Shown in pieces: positions 27,690 through 36,886 of a stretch of DNA of 64,000 nt. Every line of letters starts with the position of its first letter. Position 1 is the stretch's first letter. The notes beneath the pieces were generated by a model. It was not told where the DNA came from and made no database searches. It worked only from the letters and a program-made list of their open reading frames with translations. Location of the stretch: NCBI GenBank assembly GCA_945906815.1, contig CAMDRT010000015.1:1584-65583 (forward strand). Direction: 5' to 3'. Both the position numbers and the translations under genes were made by a program. Origin of the DNA: Bordetella parapertussis (GTDB taxonomy: Bacteria > Pseudomonadota > Gammaproteobacteria > Burkholderiales > SG8-41).

Positions 27690-28958
27690 TCAAACCTTCT
27701 TCGGTGGCAACGAGAACGCGCCTGCTGACTTCAACTGCGCAACCTTGTCGTCCGCGTAGCCCAGCACTTGCTTTAACACTTCATCGGTATGCTCGCCCAG
27801 CGTGGGCGAACGCTGGATGACTGCCGGTGACGCCGACAACTTGATCGGCATGCCGACGTTCCACCACTTGCCGCGCTGCGGATGATCGAGTTCGACGTAC
27901 ATATCGCGGCCGCGCACATGCTCGTCGGTCGCCAGGTCCGCGGTGGACATAATCGGCCCGCACGGCACATCCAGCGGATTGAGTAGCGCCATGAATTCGC
28001 GCTTGCTGTAGTTCGACGCAAACTGGGTAATCAGCGCCCACATCACCTGCTGATTTTTGCGCCGGTCGCCAATCTTGGCAAAGCGCGGGTCTGTTGCCAG
28101 ATCCGGCAAACCCAGGTCGGGCCCGATGCGTTTGGCAAGGCCGTCCCATACCGCTTCCTGCACCACCACATAAATGTAATCGTTCGGCCCGCCCGGCTTG
28201 CATTGAATGGCGTTGCCCAACTGCCCGCCGCCGGAATCATTGCCCGCGCGCGGCACATCACCCATACCCTGCGCTGTGGGCACGGAATACTCGGACAACG
28301 ACTGGTGCTGGAGCCGCTGATGATCACGCCATTTCACGCGGCACAGATTCATTACCCCGTCCATCATTGCCACTTCGACGTATTGACCTTCACCACTGCG
28401 GTTAGCTTGATGCAGCGCCGCCAACAATCCGATCGCCAGATGCAAGCCTGTGCCGGAGTCGCCTATCTGCGCGCCGGTGACAAACGGCGCGCCTTCGGGA
28501 ACGCCGGTGGTGCTCATCGCGCCACCCATCGCCTGCGCCACGTTTTCGTAGGCTTTGAAATCCGAATACGGGCCGCTGGAACCGAAACCCTTGATCGATC
28601 CCATCACGATCTTCGGGTTAAGTTGGTGGATTTTTTCCCAGGTGAACCCGAAGCGATCGAGCACCCCGGGGCCGAAGTTTTCCATGATGATGTCGCATTT
28701 CATCAGCAAATCGATGAAGACTTGTTTGCCTTCCGGGTGCTTCATGTTCACCGTGATCGAACGCTTGTTGCAATTCAACATGGTGAAATAAAGACTGTCG
28801 GCGTTCGGCACATCGCGCAACTGGCCGCGCGTGGCATCGCCCTGCGGCGGCTCGAACTTGATGACGTCCGCGCCCATCCACGCCAGCAACTGCGAGCAGG
28901 TCGGACCCGCTTGCACGTGCGTCATGTCCAGGATTCGAACACCTTTTAATGCTTCCAT
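27690..28958 (-). CDS. frc: formyl-CoA:oxalate CoA-transferase
   Basis: [36 protein letters not shown]...[12 protein letters not shown]...ENFGPG...[10 protein letters not shown] is collinear with Oxalobacter Frc as I recall it. The start is ATG 28958. Confidence 0.9.
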   Translation of the reverse strand: MEALKGVRILDMTHVQAGPTCSQLLAWMGADVIKFEPPQGDATRGQLRDVPNADSLYFTMLNCNKRSITVNMKHPEGKQVFIDLLMKCDIIMENFGPGVLDRFGFTWEKIHQLNPKIVMGSIKGFGSSGPYSDFKAYENVAQAMGGAMSTTGVPEGAPFVTGAQIGDSGTGLHLAIGLLAALHQANRSGEGQYVEVAMMDGVMNLCRVKWRDHQRLQHQSLSEYSVPTAQGMGDVPRAGNDSGGGQLGNAIQCKPGGPNDYIYVVVQEAVWDGLAKRIGPDLGLPDLATDPRFAKIGDRRKNQQVMWALITQFASNYSKREFMALLNPLDVPCGPIMSTADLATDEHVRGRDMYVELDHPQRGKWWNVGMPIKLSASPAVIQRSPTLGEHTDEVLKQVLGYADDKVAQLKSAGAFSLPPKKV

Positions 28959-29157
28959 GCTGCTCTCCTGAAATACAGCGGCGGATGAACGATGGTATTG
29001 TTCGTTCCATCCCACCACGTCATTGCGGCGCTCAGCAACGCGTTGAGGCCGTCCGAATAAATAGCGCTAATTGTACAGTGCAGACACGCCGCACCATCCC
29101 CAAACCGTTACCTGCTGCGAGAGGGCGCAACTATAGGTAATGGCCGCCACCCTAGCC

Positions 29158-29173
29158 TTGACCGGAGTCAAGA
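29158..29173. promoter_or_regulatory. Crp/Fnr-type box TTGACCGGAGTCAA (perfect TTGAC-N4-GTCAA palindrome) in the frc / regulator divergent region
   Basis: Seen directly. It lies 71-86 nt upstream of the regulator ATG 29244 and is nearly identical over 16 nt to the box at 29883 (TTGACCGGRRTCAAGA). Confidence 0.55.
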
Positions 29174-29243
29174 TTCCACGCTAAAAATTTACTTAATAAA
29201 CAAATAGTTATAGAATTAAATGCCCTGATTTCAACCTCCCGCC

Positions 29244-29852
29244 ATGACCCAGCTTGCGCTGCACCCCCAGTCCAAAATCATACGCCTGCAATTGCGGCAA
29301 AACCTGGTGCTGACCAACCTGGGCGTGGCGCAATGGAACGAATTTGAACCGTTGCTGGAAATTATCGACTACACCAAGGGCGAAACACTGGAACTACAGG
29401 GCACGCACGCGATGGAGCAGTATTTCGTCATCGATGGCATTTTAAAACGGACGGTCTCCAATGCCCAGGGCAAGGAAATGATTTTGCGCTTTGCCGCGGA
29501 AAGCGACATCGACACCAGTTACGCCGCGTGGCGGCTGAAAATGCCGATGCCCTATTCGATACGCGCGGTAACCAAAGTGCGTGCGGCCAAGCTCTCGATG
29601 CTGCAGTGGGCGGCGTTTCTCGAACGGCATGCCAAAATCAAGGGCGAGTTCGAGCTCGAAGTGATGAAGCTGATGAGCGAAGTCATGGCACACACCATCA
29701 CGCTGCATCTGTTGAATGCGCCGGGACGGGTGCAACGCTTTATGCGCAAACACGCTGATCTGGTCGCACGACTACCCAAGAAAGAACTGGCCTCTTATTT
29801 GAATTTATCACCGGAAACGCTCAGCCGATTGAAGCGGCGCGGGAAGATTTAG
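29244..29852 (+). CDS. Crp/Fnr-family transcriptional regulator (cNMP-binding-like domain plus C-terminal HTH)
   Basis: A 202-aa ORF with beta-roll-like YFVIDGILKRTVSNAQGKEMILRF and a C-terminal HTH, ELASYLNLSPETLSRLKRRG. Confidence 0.75.
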   Translation: MTQLALHPQSKIIRLQLRQNLVLTNLGVAQWNEFEPLLEIIDYTKGETLELQGTHAMEQYFVIDGILKRTVSNAQGKEMILRFAAESDIDTSYAAWRLKMPMPYSIRAVTKVRAAKLSMLQWAAFLERHAKIKGEFELEVMKLMSEVMAHTITLHLLNAPGRVQRFMRKHADLVARLPKKELASYLNLSPETLSRLKRRGKI

Positions 29853-29882
29853 CGCTTTAAATAGAGGCACCCTGCTGCAAAA

Positions 29883-29896
29883 TTGACCGGGATCAA
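29883..29896. promoter_or_regulatory. Crp/Fnr-type box TTGACCGGGATCAA upstream of oxc
   Basis: It fits TTGAC-N4-ATCAA and lies 83-96 nt upstream of the oxc ATG 29979. Confidence 0.55.
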
Positions 29897-29978
29897 GAGT
29901 ACATTTAGCGGCCGCGCCCTATGATACTTCGAGTGAAAAACACGTTCAACACACGGCAAGCAGACGAGGCATCTCACC

Positions 29979-31715
29979 ATGACAACTGACGCACCCTCAC
30001 CCGCACAGACCGACGGATTCCATCTGCTCATCGATGCGCTCAAACTCAACGGCATCGACACCATCTTTGGCCTGCCCGGCATCCCCATCACCGACCTCAC
30101 CCGCATGGCGCAGGCCGAGGGCATACGCATGATTTCTTTCCGCCATGAGCAAAATGCCGGCCACGCCGCTGCCATCGCCGGCTTCCTGACGCAAAAGCCC
30201 GGCATCTGCCTGACGGTATCCGCCCCCGGCTTTCTCAACGGACTTAACGCACTGACCAATGCCACCACCAACTGCTTCCCGATGATCCTCATCAGCGGCT
30301 CCAGCGAGCGCGAGATCGTCGATCTGCAACAGGGCGATTACGAAGAGATGGACCAGTTGGCCATCGCCAAGCCCTTGTGCAAAGCGGCCTTTCGCGTGCT
30401 GCACGCAGAGGACATCGGTGTGGGCGTCGCTCGCGCCATCCGTGCCGCAGTCTCCGGTCGTCCAGGCGGCGTCTACCTCGATCTACCAGCCAAGCTGTTC
30501 GCGCAGAGCATGGATGCAGAAGCCGGCAGAAAATCGCTGATCAAGGTGGTCGATCCCGCGCCGCGCCAGATTCCGGCGCCGGACGCGGTGCAGCGCGCGC
30601 TGGATCTTTTGAAAAACGCCAAGCGTCCGCTGATTGTGCTGGGCAAGGGTGCCGCCTATGCGCAGGCCGACGCGGCGATCCGCGAACTGGTCGAAAAAAC
30701 CGGCATTCCGTACCTGCCGATGTCCATGGCCAAGGGCCTGCTGCCCGACACGCACGAGCAGTCCGCAGCCGCCGCGCGCTCCTATGTGCTGCCTGAAGCA
30801 GACGTAGTGATGCTGATCGGTGCACGCCTGAACTGGCTGCTGTCGCATGGCAAGGGCAGAACCTGGGGCGGCAAATCCCCCAAGGACTGGGGTGGTCAAA
30901 AATACGTCCAGATCGACATTTCGCCGCAGGAGGCAGACAGCAACGTGCGCATCGACGCACCGGTGGTCGGCGACATCGGTTCCTGCGTAGCGGCCATGCT
31001 TAACGGCATTAACGCCTCAGGTGGCAGTTGGCCCAAGCCCTCCGCAGACTGGCTGGGCGCCATAGACCAGCGCAAGAGCACCAACATCGCGAAAATGGCC
31101 GAGACGCTGGCCAAAAATCCCGCGCCGATGAATTACCACAGCGCGCTCAATGTCATGCGCGACATCATCAAAGCCAACCCAGATGCCCTGCTGGTCAACG
31201 AGGGCGCCAACGCACTCGACTTCACGCGCAGCATTGTCGACATGTACCAGCCGCGTAAGCGTCTGGACGTCGGCACCTGGGGCATCATGGGCATCGGTAT
31301 GGGTTTTGCCGTCGCGGCCGCCGTGGTCAGCGGCCAACCGGTGATCGCGGTGGAAGGCGACAGCGCCTTTGGCTTCTCCGGCATGGAAGTCGAGACCATC
31401 TGCCGCTACAACCTGCCGGTGTGCGTGGTGGTCTTCAATAACAACGGCGTCTACCGCGGCACCGACGTCAATCCCAGCGGCGGCACCGACGTGGCGCCCA
31501 CGGTGTTCGTCAAAAATGCGCGTTACGACAAGCTGATGGAGGCTTTCGGCGGTGTGGGTGTACATGCCACCACCCCGGCGGAGTTGCGCAAGGCCGTGGA
31601 AGAGGCTGTCCGATCGCGCAAGCCTACGCTGATCAATGCAGTCATCGATGAAACCGCTGGCACTGAGAGCGGCCGCATCACCAGCCTGAATCCGACCGCC
31701 GCGAAAAAGAAATAA
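29979..31715 (+). CDS. oxc: oxalyl-CoA decarboxylase (ThDP-dependent)
   Basis: [27 protein letters not shown]...[12 protein letters not shown]...[19 protein letters not shown]...[22 protein letters not shown] matches OXC closely. Confidence 0.92.
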   Translation: MTTDAPSPAQTDGFHLLIDALKLNGIDTIFGLPGIPITDLTRMAQAEGIRMISFRHEQNAGHAAAIAGFLTQKPGICLTVSAPGFLNGLNALTNATTNCFPMILISGSSEREIVDLQQGDYEEMDQLAIAKPLCKAAFRVLHAEDIGVGVARAIRAAVSGRPGGVYLDLPAKLFAQSMDAEAGRKSLIKVVDPAPRQIPAPDAVQRALDLLKNAKRPLIVLGKGAAYAQADAAIRELVEKTGIPYLPMSMAKGLLPDTHEQSAAAARSYVLPEADVVMLIGARLNWLLSHGKGRTWGGKSPKDWGGQKYVQIDISPQEADSNVRIDAPVVGDIGSCVAAMLNGINASGGSWPKPSADWLGAIDQRKSTNIAKMAETLAKNPAPMNYHSALNVMRDIIKANPDALLVNEGANALDFTRSIVDMYQPRKRLDVGTWGIMGIGMGFAVAAAVVSGQPVIAVEGDSAFGFSGMEVETICRYNLPVCVVVFNNNGVYRGTDVNPSGGTDVAPTVFVKNARYDKLMEAFGGVGVHATTPAELRKAVEEAVRSRKPTLINAVIDETAGTESGRITSLNPTAAKKK

Positions 31716-31737
31716 ACATCAACACCTCACTGCAATG

Positions 31738-31773
31738 ACGCAAAGGCAAGCGTCTTTGCGGTTGCGGTGTTTT
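31738..31773 (+). terminator. weak terminator-like hairpin after oxc
   Basis: CGCAAAG-8 nt-CTTTGCG, then GTTGCGGTGTTTTT. The stem is short and the T-run is distal. Confidence 0.35.
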
Positions 31774-31790
31774 TGCTAGTGGCTTAGTGG

Positions 31791-33272
31791 TTATTTGCCC
31801 CGCAGCTTGTTCACCAGCGGCCAGAACAGCATGATCAGGCCCAGCGTCATGATGCTGCCCACCAAGCCGTTGGTGAAAAACACGCTCAGATTCCCCTGCG
31901 AAATCAGCATCGACTGACGGAAAGAATCTTCGGCGCGATCCCCCAGCACCAGCGCCAGCACCATCGGCGCCATCGGGTAATCAAGTTTCTTGAACACATA
32001 GCCGATCACGCCGAACAGCATCATGAACCAGATGTCGAGCATGGCATTGTGTACCGTGAAGGCGCCGATCGCGCAGATCACAATAATCAGCGGCGCCACT
32101 ATCGAAAACGGAATACGCAATATCGCTGCGAACAAGGGCACGCAGGTGAGCACTATAATCAGCCCCGCCAGATTCCCCAGATACATGCTGGCGATCAGTC
32201 CCCACACGAATTCTTTTTTCTCCACGAACAACAGCGGGCCCGGCTGCAACCCCCAGATCAACAGGCCGCCCAGCAACACCGCGGCCGTGGGCGAACCGGG
32301 AATACCGAGCGACAACATCGGCAGCAACGCCGAGGTGCCTGCAGCATGTGCCGCGGTTTCCGGCGCAATCACGCCTTCGATCTGACCCGTGCCGAATTTT
32401 TCGCCGTCGCGCGAGAAGCGTTTGGCGATGCCATAACTCATGAACGATGCGGGCGTAGCCCCTCCCGGTGTAATACCCATCCAGCAACCGACCAGACAAC
32501 TACGCACCGAGGTCATCCAGTATTTAGGCAGTTTTTTCCACGTTTGTATCACGATCTTGAAATCGATACGCGCTTGGTTGCCCTGGAACGATAAGCCCTC
32601 CTCCATCGACAACAAAATTTCGCCAATACCGAACAGCCCGATCACCGCGATCAGGAAGTCGAATCCGCGCATCAGCTCATGAAAGCCGAAATTGAGCCGC
32701 AGTTGGCCCGTCATGGTATCCATACCGACTGCGGCAAGCGTAAAGCCCAGCATCATTGCCGACAGCGTTTTCCACGGTGAGCCTTTGCCCATGCCAATGA
32801 AGCTGCAGAATGTCAGGAAATACACCGAGAAAAATTCCGGCGGCCCGAACCGCAATGCGAATTTCGCCACGGCCGGCGCGAGGAAGGTAATCATCACCAC
32901 CGCCACAAAAGCGCCGATGAACGACGAGGTAAACGCTGCCGTCAGCGCCTCGCCGGCCCTGCCCTGCTGCGCCATCGGATAGCCGTCGAAGGTGGTCGCC
33001 ACCGACCACGGCTCACCGGGGATGTTGAACAGAATCGAGGTGATCGCGCCGCCGAACAATGCGCCCCAGTAAATGCACGACAGCATGATGATGGCCGAGG
33101 TCGGCGGCATGGTGAACGTAAGCGGCAGCAGAATCGCGATGCCGTTGGCGCCGCCGAGTCCCGGCAACACGCCGATGATCACGCCCAAGATGACACCGAC
33201 GAACATCAGCATCAAGTTGAATGGCGACAGTGCCACCGAAAATCCATGAAACAGCGCGGTGATTTCCTCCAT
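31791..33272 (-). CDS. tctA: tripartite tricarboxylate transporter large permease
   Basis: A 493-aa polytopic ORF with a TctA-family pattern (GVLPGLGGANGIAILLPLTF, PGSPTAAVLLGGL). Confidence 0.85.
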   Translation of the reverse strand: MEEITALFHGFSVALSPFNLMLMFVGVILGVIIGVLPGLGGANGIAILLPLTFTMPPTSAIIMLSCIYWGALFGGAITSILFNIPGEPWSVATTFDGYPMAQQGRAGEALTAAFTSSFIGAFVAVVMITFLAPAVAKFALRFGPPEFFSVYFLTFCSFIGMGKGSPWKTLSAMMLGFTLAAVGMDTMTGQLRLNFGFHELMRGFDFLIAVIGLFGIGEILLSMEEGLSFQGNQARIDFKIVIQTWKKLPKYWMTSVRSCLVGCWMGITPGGATPASFMSYGIAKRFSRDGEKFGTGQIEGVIAPETAAHAAGTSALLPMLSLGIPGSPTAAVLLGGLLIWGLQPGPLLFVEKKEFVWGLIASMYLGNLAGLIIVLTCVPLFAAILRIPFSIVAPLIIVICAIGAFTVHNAMLDIWFMMLFGVIGYVFKKLDYPMAPMVLALVLGDRAEDSFRQSMLISQGNLSVFFTNGLVGSIMTLGLIMLFWPLVNKLRGK

Positions 33273-33302
33273 TTGTGTACTCTCTTGCGCGTCAGGAAAT
33301 CA

Positions 33303-33830
33303 TCAGTAACCGAGCACGCTCAACGGGTCGTAAAGCGTGCCTTTGTGCAGCGGCACCTGGAACCAAATCTCAAACATGACGAATACGCTAATGCTCACTG
33401 CAATGCCCGACAGCACAGCTTTCCACCACGCATATTTACCCAGCCACACCATGAATACTGCCACGTAGACGGCCGACGCTAAATAGATGCCAAACCACTG
33501 AATCACCAGCACGTAGACCAATGCCGGCCCCAGTACCGAGAACACCAGCTTGAGTTGTCCGCGCTCGACAAAACTTGCGCGCGCCTTCGCGGAACGGTCG
33601 CGTAGCGCCTGCCCCAGCGTCACCAGACTGGAGATCACGACTAGGAGACCGATGTAGAACGGGAAATAACCGGCTTGCGGGCCGTCGTCACCCCAGCGGG
33701 CGCCTAGGCGAGCGCTTTCGCCAGCCACCACCGCGCCAAAAACGAGTATGACCGCCGCCACGATGATTTCCATCGTGCGCATGCTCACCACAGGCCGCTG
33801 ATCAGCCTGCTTATCTTGATCTGGAGTCAT
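33303..33830 (-). CDS. tctB: tripartite tricarboxylate transporter small subunit
   Basis: A 175-aa, 4-TM ORF between tctC and tctA. The assignment rests on position and size. Confidence 0.6.
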   Translation of the reverse strand: MTPDQDKQADQRPVVSMRTMEIIVAAVILVFGAVVAGESARLGARWGDDGPQAGYFPFYIGLLVVISSLVTLGQALRDRSAKARASFVERGQLKLVFSVLGPALVYVLVIQWFGIYLASAVYVAVFMVWLGKYAWWKAVLSGIAVSISVFVMFEIWFQVPLHKGTLYDPLSVLGY

Positions 33831-33878
33831 TCAAAAAAAGCGGGGCTCATCCGCCCCGCTGATGGTGTTGGATTCACA

Positions 33879-34901
33879 TCAAGGCTTCGCGAGAAAGCCG
33901 GCATCCTTCATCAAACCGCGGTGCAGCGCTTCGTTTTTCTCCACCCACGACGCGTATTCCCGGCCCGCCATGAAAGTCTGATTGAACGCGCCGTCCTCCA
34001 TGAACCGTTTCCATTCCGCAGTTTCGCGCAAGCGCTTGAACAGACCCACATAGTATTCGACCTGCTCCGGCTTGACCCCGCCTGGCATGAAAATACCGCG
34101 CAGCATCAGGTAATCGGTGGGTACGCCTGCTTCCTTGCAAGTCGGAATGTCGTGCCACGACATTTTGTCGGTGACCTTGTTTTTGTACGGCATGCGCTGG
34201 CTGTCAAACACACACAGCGGGCGCAACCGCCCGGCGCGCCATTGCGCCACCGCCTCGATTGGATTGTTGACGGTCGAGTGGACATGGTTGCCCACGAGTT
34301 GCACCGCCACGTCGCCACCGCCCTTGAACGGCACGTAGATAAGCTTGATACCGGTCGCTTTCTCGAGGCCCACGGTCAGTATCTGGTCTTCCTGTTTAGA
34401 GCCCGTGCCGCCCATCTTGAATCGCTTCTGCGTATCCGCCGTGACCGCCTTCGCCGCCACCAGGTACTCCTGCGCGGACTTATACGGCGAATCGGCATTT
34501 ACCCACAATACAAACTGGTCGAGCGCCAGCATCGCAACCGGGGTGAGGTCCTTCCAGTTGAAAGGTACGCCGGTTGCGAGCGGCGTAGTAAACAAATTGG
34601 AGAGGGTAATGATGATCCGGTGCGGGTCGCCTTTCACTTCCTTCACCGACAGAAAGCCTTCCGCGCCAGCGCCACCTGAGCGGTTAACGACGACCACCGC
34701 ATGCTTCATCAAATTGTTTTTGGCGATGATGCCCTGGATCAGGCGCGCCATCTGGTCGGCACCGCCGCCGGTGCCAGCCGGCACCACGAACTCTACGTTC
34801 TTGGTGGGCTCCCACGCTGCCGCTTGTGTCAACGACGCCGCCCCTGCCACACTCATTGCGAGCGTCGCGGCCAGTACGGATTTGAATTTTGAACGCATCA
34901 T
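33879..34901 (-). CDS. tctC: Bug/TctC-family periplasmic substrate-binding protein
   Basis: It has the signal peptide MMRSKFKSVLAATLAMSVAGAASLTQAAA, a VPAGTGGGADQMARL motif, and GGAGGA upstream of ATG 34901. Confidence 0.8.
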   Translation of the reverse strand: MMRSKFKSVLAATLAMSVAGAASLTQAAAWEPTKNVEFVVPAGTGGGADQMARLIQGIIAKNNLMKHAVVVVNRSGGAGAEGFLSVKEVKGDPHRIIITLSNLFTTPLATGVPFNWKDLTPVAMLALDQFVLWVNADSPYKSAQEYLVAAKAVTADTQKRFKMGGTGSKQEDQILTVGLEKATGIKLIYVPFKGGGDVAVQLVGNHVHSTVNNPIEAVAQWRAGRLRPLCVFDSQRMPYKNKVTDKMSWHDIPTCKEAGVPTDYLMLRGIFMPGGVKPEQVEYYVGLFKRLRETAEWKRFMEDGAFNQTFMAGREYASWVEKNEALHRGLMKDAGFLAKP

Positions 34902-35027
34902 GATTCCTCCCCCCAAGGTTACCGCGATTGACACAAACACCCATAAACCAAACAACCCGCTCATGTGCCACAGTTCTTAGAATTTTCGCGGCGCGCGTAA
35001 TGATGCGCACTTCCCCAACCAAAAACA

Positions 35028-35041
35028 TTGACCGCCATCAA
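35028..35041. promoter_or_regulatory. Crp/Fnr-type box TTGACCGCCATCAA upstream of tctCBA
   Basis: It fits TTGAC-N4-ATCAA and lies 127-140 nt upstream of the tctC ATG 34901. Confidence 0.5.
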
Positions 35042-35322
35042 TTTTCCGGATTACGCTTGCATTCTCATTGTATCCATAATTATCTGTAAAAACAAATAGT
35101 TATGGCGAGGGCTGGAATCGTGGCGCCACACCGCCTGACACGCACCGCACACCCTGTAGATCCCTACCCTGCAGCACGCGCGATGACCGAAGCATACCTG
35201 CGTAAAAAATAGCGCTGTAACGCACAGCTTGCAAATAGCACCAGAGAAATCAGGCGACGCACCATTTAGGCGCAACAGCGCAGTCTTGCGCACTGACCTG
35301 GGGCGTTATCCGGATCAAAACT

Positions 35323-35338
35323 TGGAATGCCGATTGCA
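35323..35338 (+). promoter_or_regulatory. sigma-54 (-24/-12) promoter candidate for the urt-ure cluster
   Basis: TGGAATGCCGATTGCA fits GG-N10-GC and resembles TGGCAC-N5-TTGCA. It lies ~115 nt upstream of the urtA ATG. An NtrC-like half-palindrome, GCACCATTTAGGCGCA, sits at 35259-35274. Confidence 0.5.
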
Positions 35339-35454
35339 TTTAATCCGTAATAGCAAGCAACGCGCTGGCTTGGTGCAACTTGGTACGGATCATGCATAGA
35401 GCACTCAGTAGGCTATTTTTAAAACACCTTAAACAACCTAGAGGGGCTACCACC

Positions 35455-36756
35455 ATGTCTCACCGCAGATCATTTTTAAAACGCTTTTCAGCGTTGGCCA
35501 GCACGCTGGCGATCGCCGCCACTGTAGGCACGCACACGCCAGAGGCTTACGCGCAAGCAAAAACCGTAAAAGTCGGCGTGCTGCATTCGTTGTCAGGCAC
35601 CATGGCCATCAGCGAAACCGTGCTGAAGGATGTCGCGTTGATGGCGTTTGAGGAAATCAACGCCAAGGGCGGCGTGATGGGCATGAAAATCGAGCCGGTG
35701 GTGGTCGATCCGGCCTCCAACTGGCCTTTGTTCGCTGAAAAAGCGCGCCAGTTGATTACCCAGGATAAAGTCGCTGCCGTGTTTGGCTGCTGGACTTCGG
35801 TGTCGCGTAAATCGGTGCTGCCGGTGTTCGAGGAATTAAACAATCTGCTGTTCTACCCGGTGCAGTACGAGGGTGAAGAAATTTCCCGCAACGTGTTCTA
35901 CACCGGCGCCGCGCCCAATCAGCAGGCGATACCGGCGGTGGAATATTTGATGAGCAAGGAAGGCGGCGCCGCCAAGCGCTGGGTGCTGCTCGGTACGGAC
36001 TACGTTTACCCGCGCACTACCAACAAGATTCTGCGCGCGTTCCTCAAATCGAAAGGGGTCGCCGATAAAGATATCGATGAAAAATACACCCCGTTTGGTC
36101 ACAGCGATTACCAAACCATAGTCGCGGACGTGAAGAAATTCGCCGCTGGCGGCAAGACTGCGGTGATCTCAACCATCAATGGCGATTCCAACGTGCCGTT
36201 CTACAAAGAACTTGGCAATCAAGGGCTTAAAGCTACAGACGTGCCAGTGGTGGCGTTCTCGGTAGGGGAAGAAGAGTTGCGCGGCGTGGATACCAAACCG
36301 CTGGTAGGCCACCTTGCGGCATGGAATTACTTCATGACCATCAAATCACCGGCGAACGACGAGTTCACCAAAAAATGGGCGGCTTATGCGAAAGCGAAGA
36401 ACATCGCCGGACACAAAGACAAGCCACTGACCAACGATCCGATGGAAGCCACTTACATCGGCATCTATATGTGGAAACAGGCGGTAGAGAAAGCGAAAAC
36501 GTTTGATGTCGCCAAGGTCAGCGCCGCGATGGGCGGACAAACCTTCACCGCGCCGTCGGGCATTACCTCGAAGATGGATGAAAATAATCACCACCTGCAC
36601 AAAGCCGTGTTCATCGGTGAAATCAAGGCGGACGGTCAGTTTAATGTGGTATGGAAAACCAAGGGCCCGGTGAAGGCTCAGCCGTGGAGCCCGTACATCC
36701 CCGGCAACGACAAGAAAAAAGATGAGCCTGCATTGATGGCCGAAAAAAAGAAGTAA
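35455..36756 (+). CDS. urtA: urea ABC transporter substrate-binding protein
   Basis: A Tat/Sec-type leader MSHRRSFLKRFSALASTLAIAA precedes KVGVLHSLSGTMAISE...FGCWTSVSRK, typical of UrtA. The start is ATG 35455 after GAGGGG. Confidence 0.9.
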   Translation: MSHRRSFLKRFSALASTLAIAATVGTHTPEAYAQAKTVKVGVLHSLSGTMAISETVLKDVALMAFEEINAKGGVMGMKIEPVVVDPASNWPLFAEKARQLITQDKVAAVFGCWTSVSRKSVLPVFEELNNLLFYPVQYEGEEISRNVFYTGAAPNQQAIPAVEYLMSKEGGAAKRWVLLGTDYVYPRTTNKILRAFLKSKGVADKDIDEKYTPFGHSDYQTIVADVKKFAAGGKTAVISTINGDSNVPFYKELGNQGLKATDVPVVAFSVGEEELRGVDTKPLVGHLAAWNYFMTIKSPANDEFTKKWAAYAKAKNIAGHKDKPLTNDPMEATYIGIYMWKQAVEKAKTFDVAKVSAAMGGQTFTAPSGITSKMDENNHHLHKAVFIGEIKADGQFNVVWKTKGPVKAQPWSPYIPGNDKKKDEPALMAEKKK

Positions 36757-36886
36757 AATCAATCAGAGACTGCACGTGTACTGTGGGCGGCGGAGCGCGT
36801 TTCTCCGCCGCGCATTAAAAAGGGGCTGTGAGTCGTTACACGGCCCCCTTTTTATGCGCGGCTATTTCATCCTAAGGTCCAAGTTG

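Noticed and set aside
27681-27690. TTTAGAACTT next to the frc stop, and its complement AAGTTCTAAA at 51358-51367 between fdsA and fhs
   Set aside because: It is only a 10-nt match with no flanking similarity, so it is compatible with chance.
29849-30292. 147-aa minus-strand ORF across the oxc start, and an 80-aa ORF at 35051-35293
   Set aside because: The first is antisense to the oxc 5' end. The second lies in the tctC/urtA regulatory region, which contains the promoter and operator signals. Neither has a recognisable domain.
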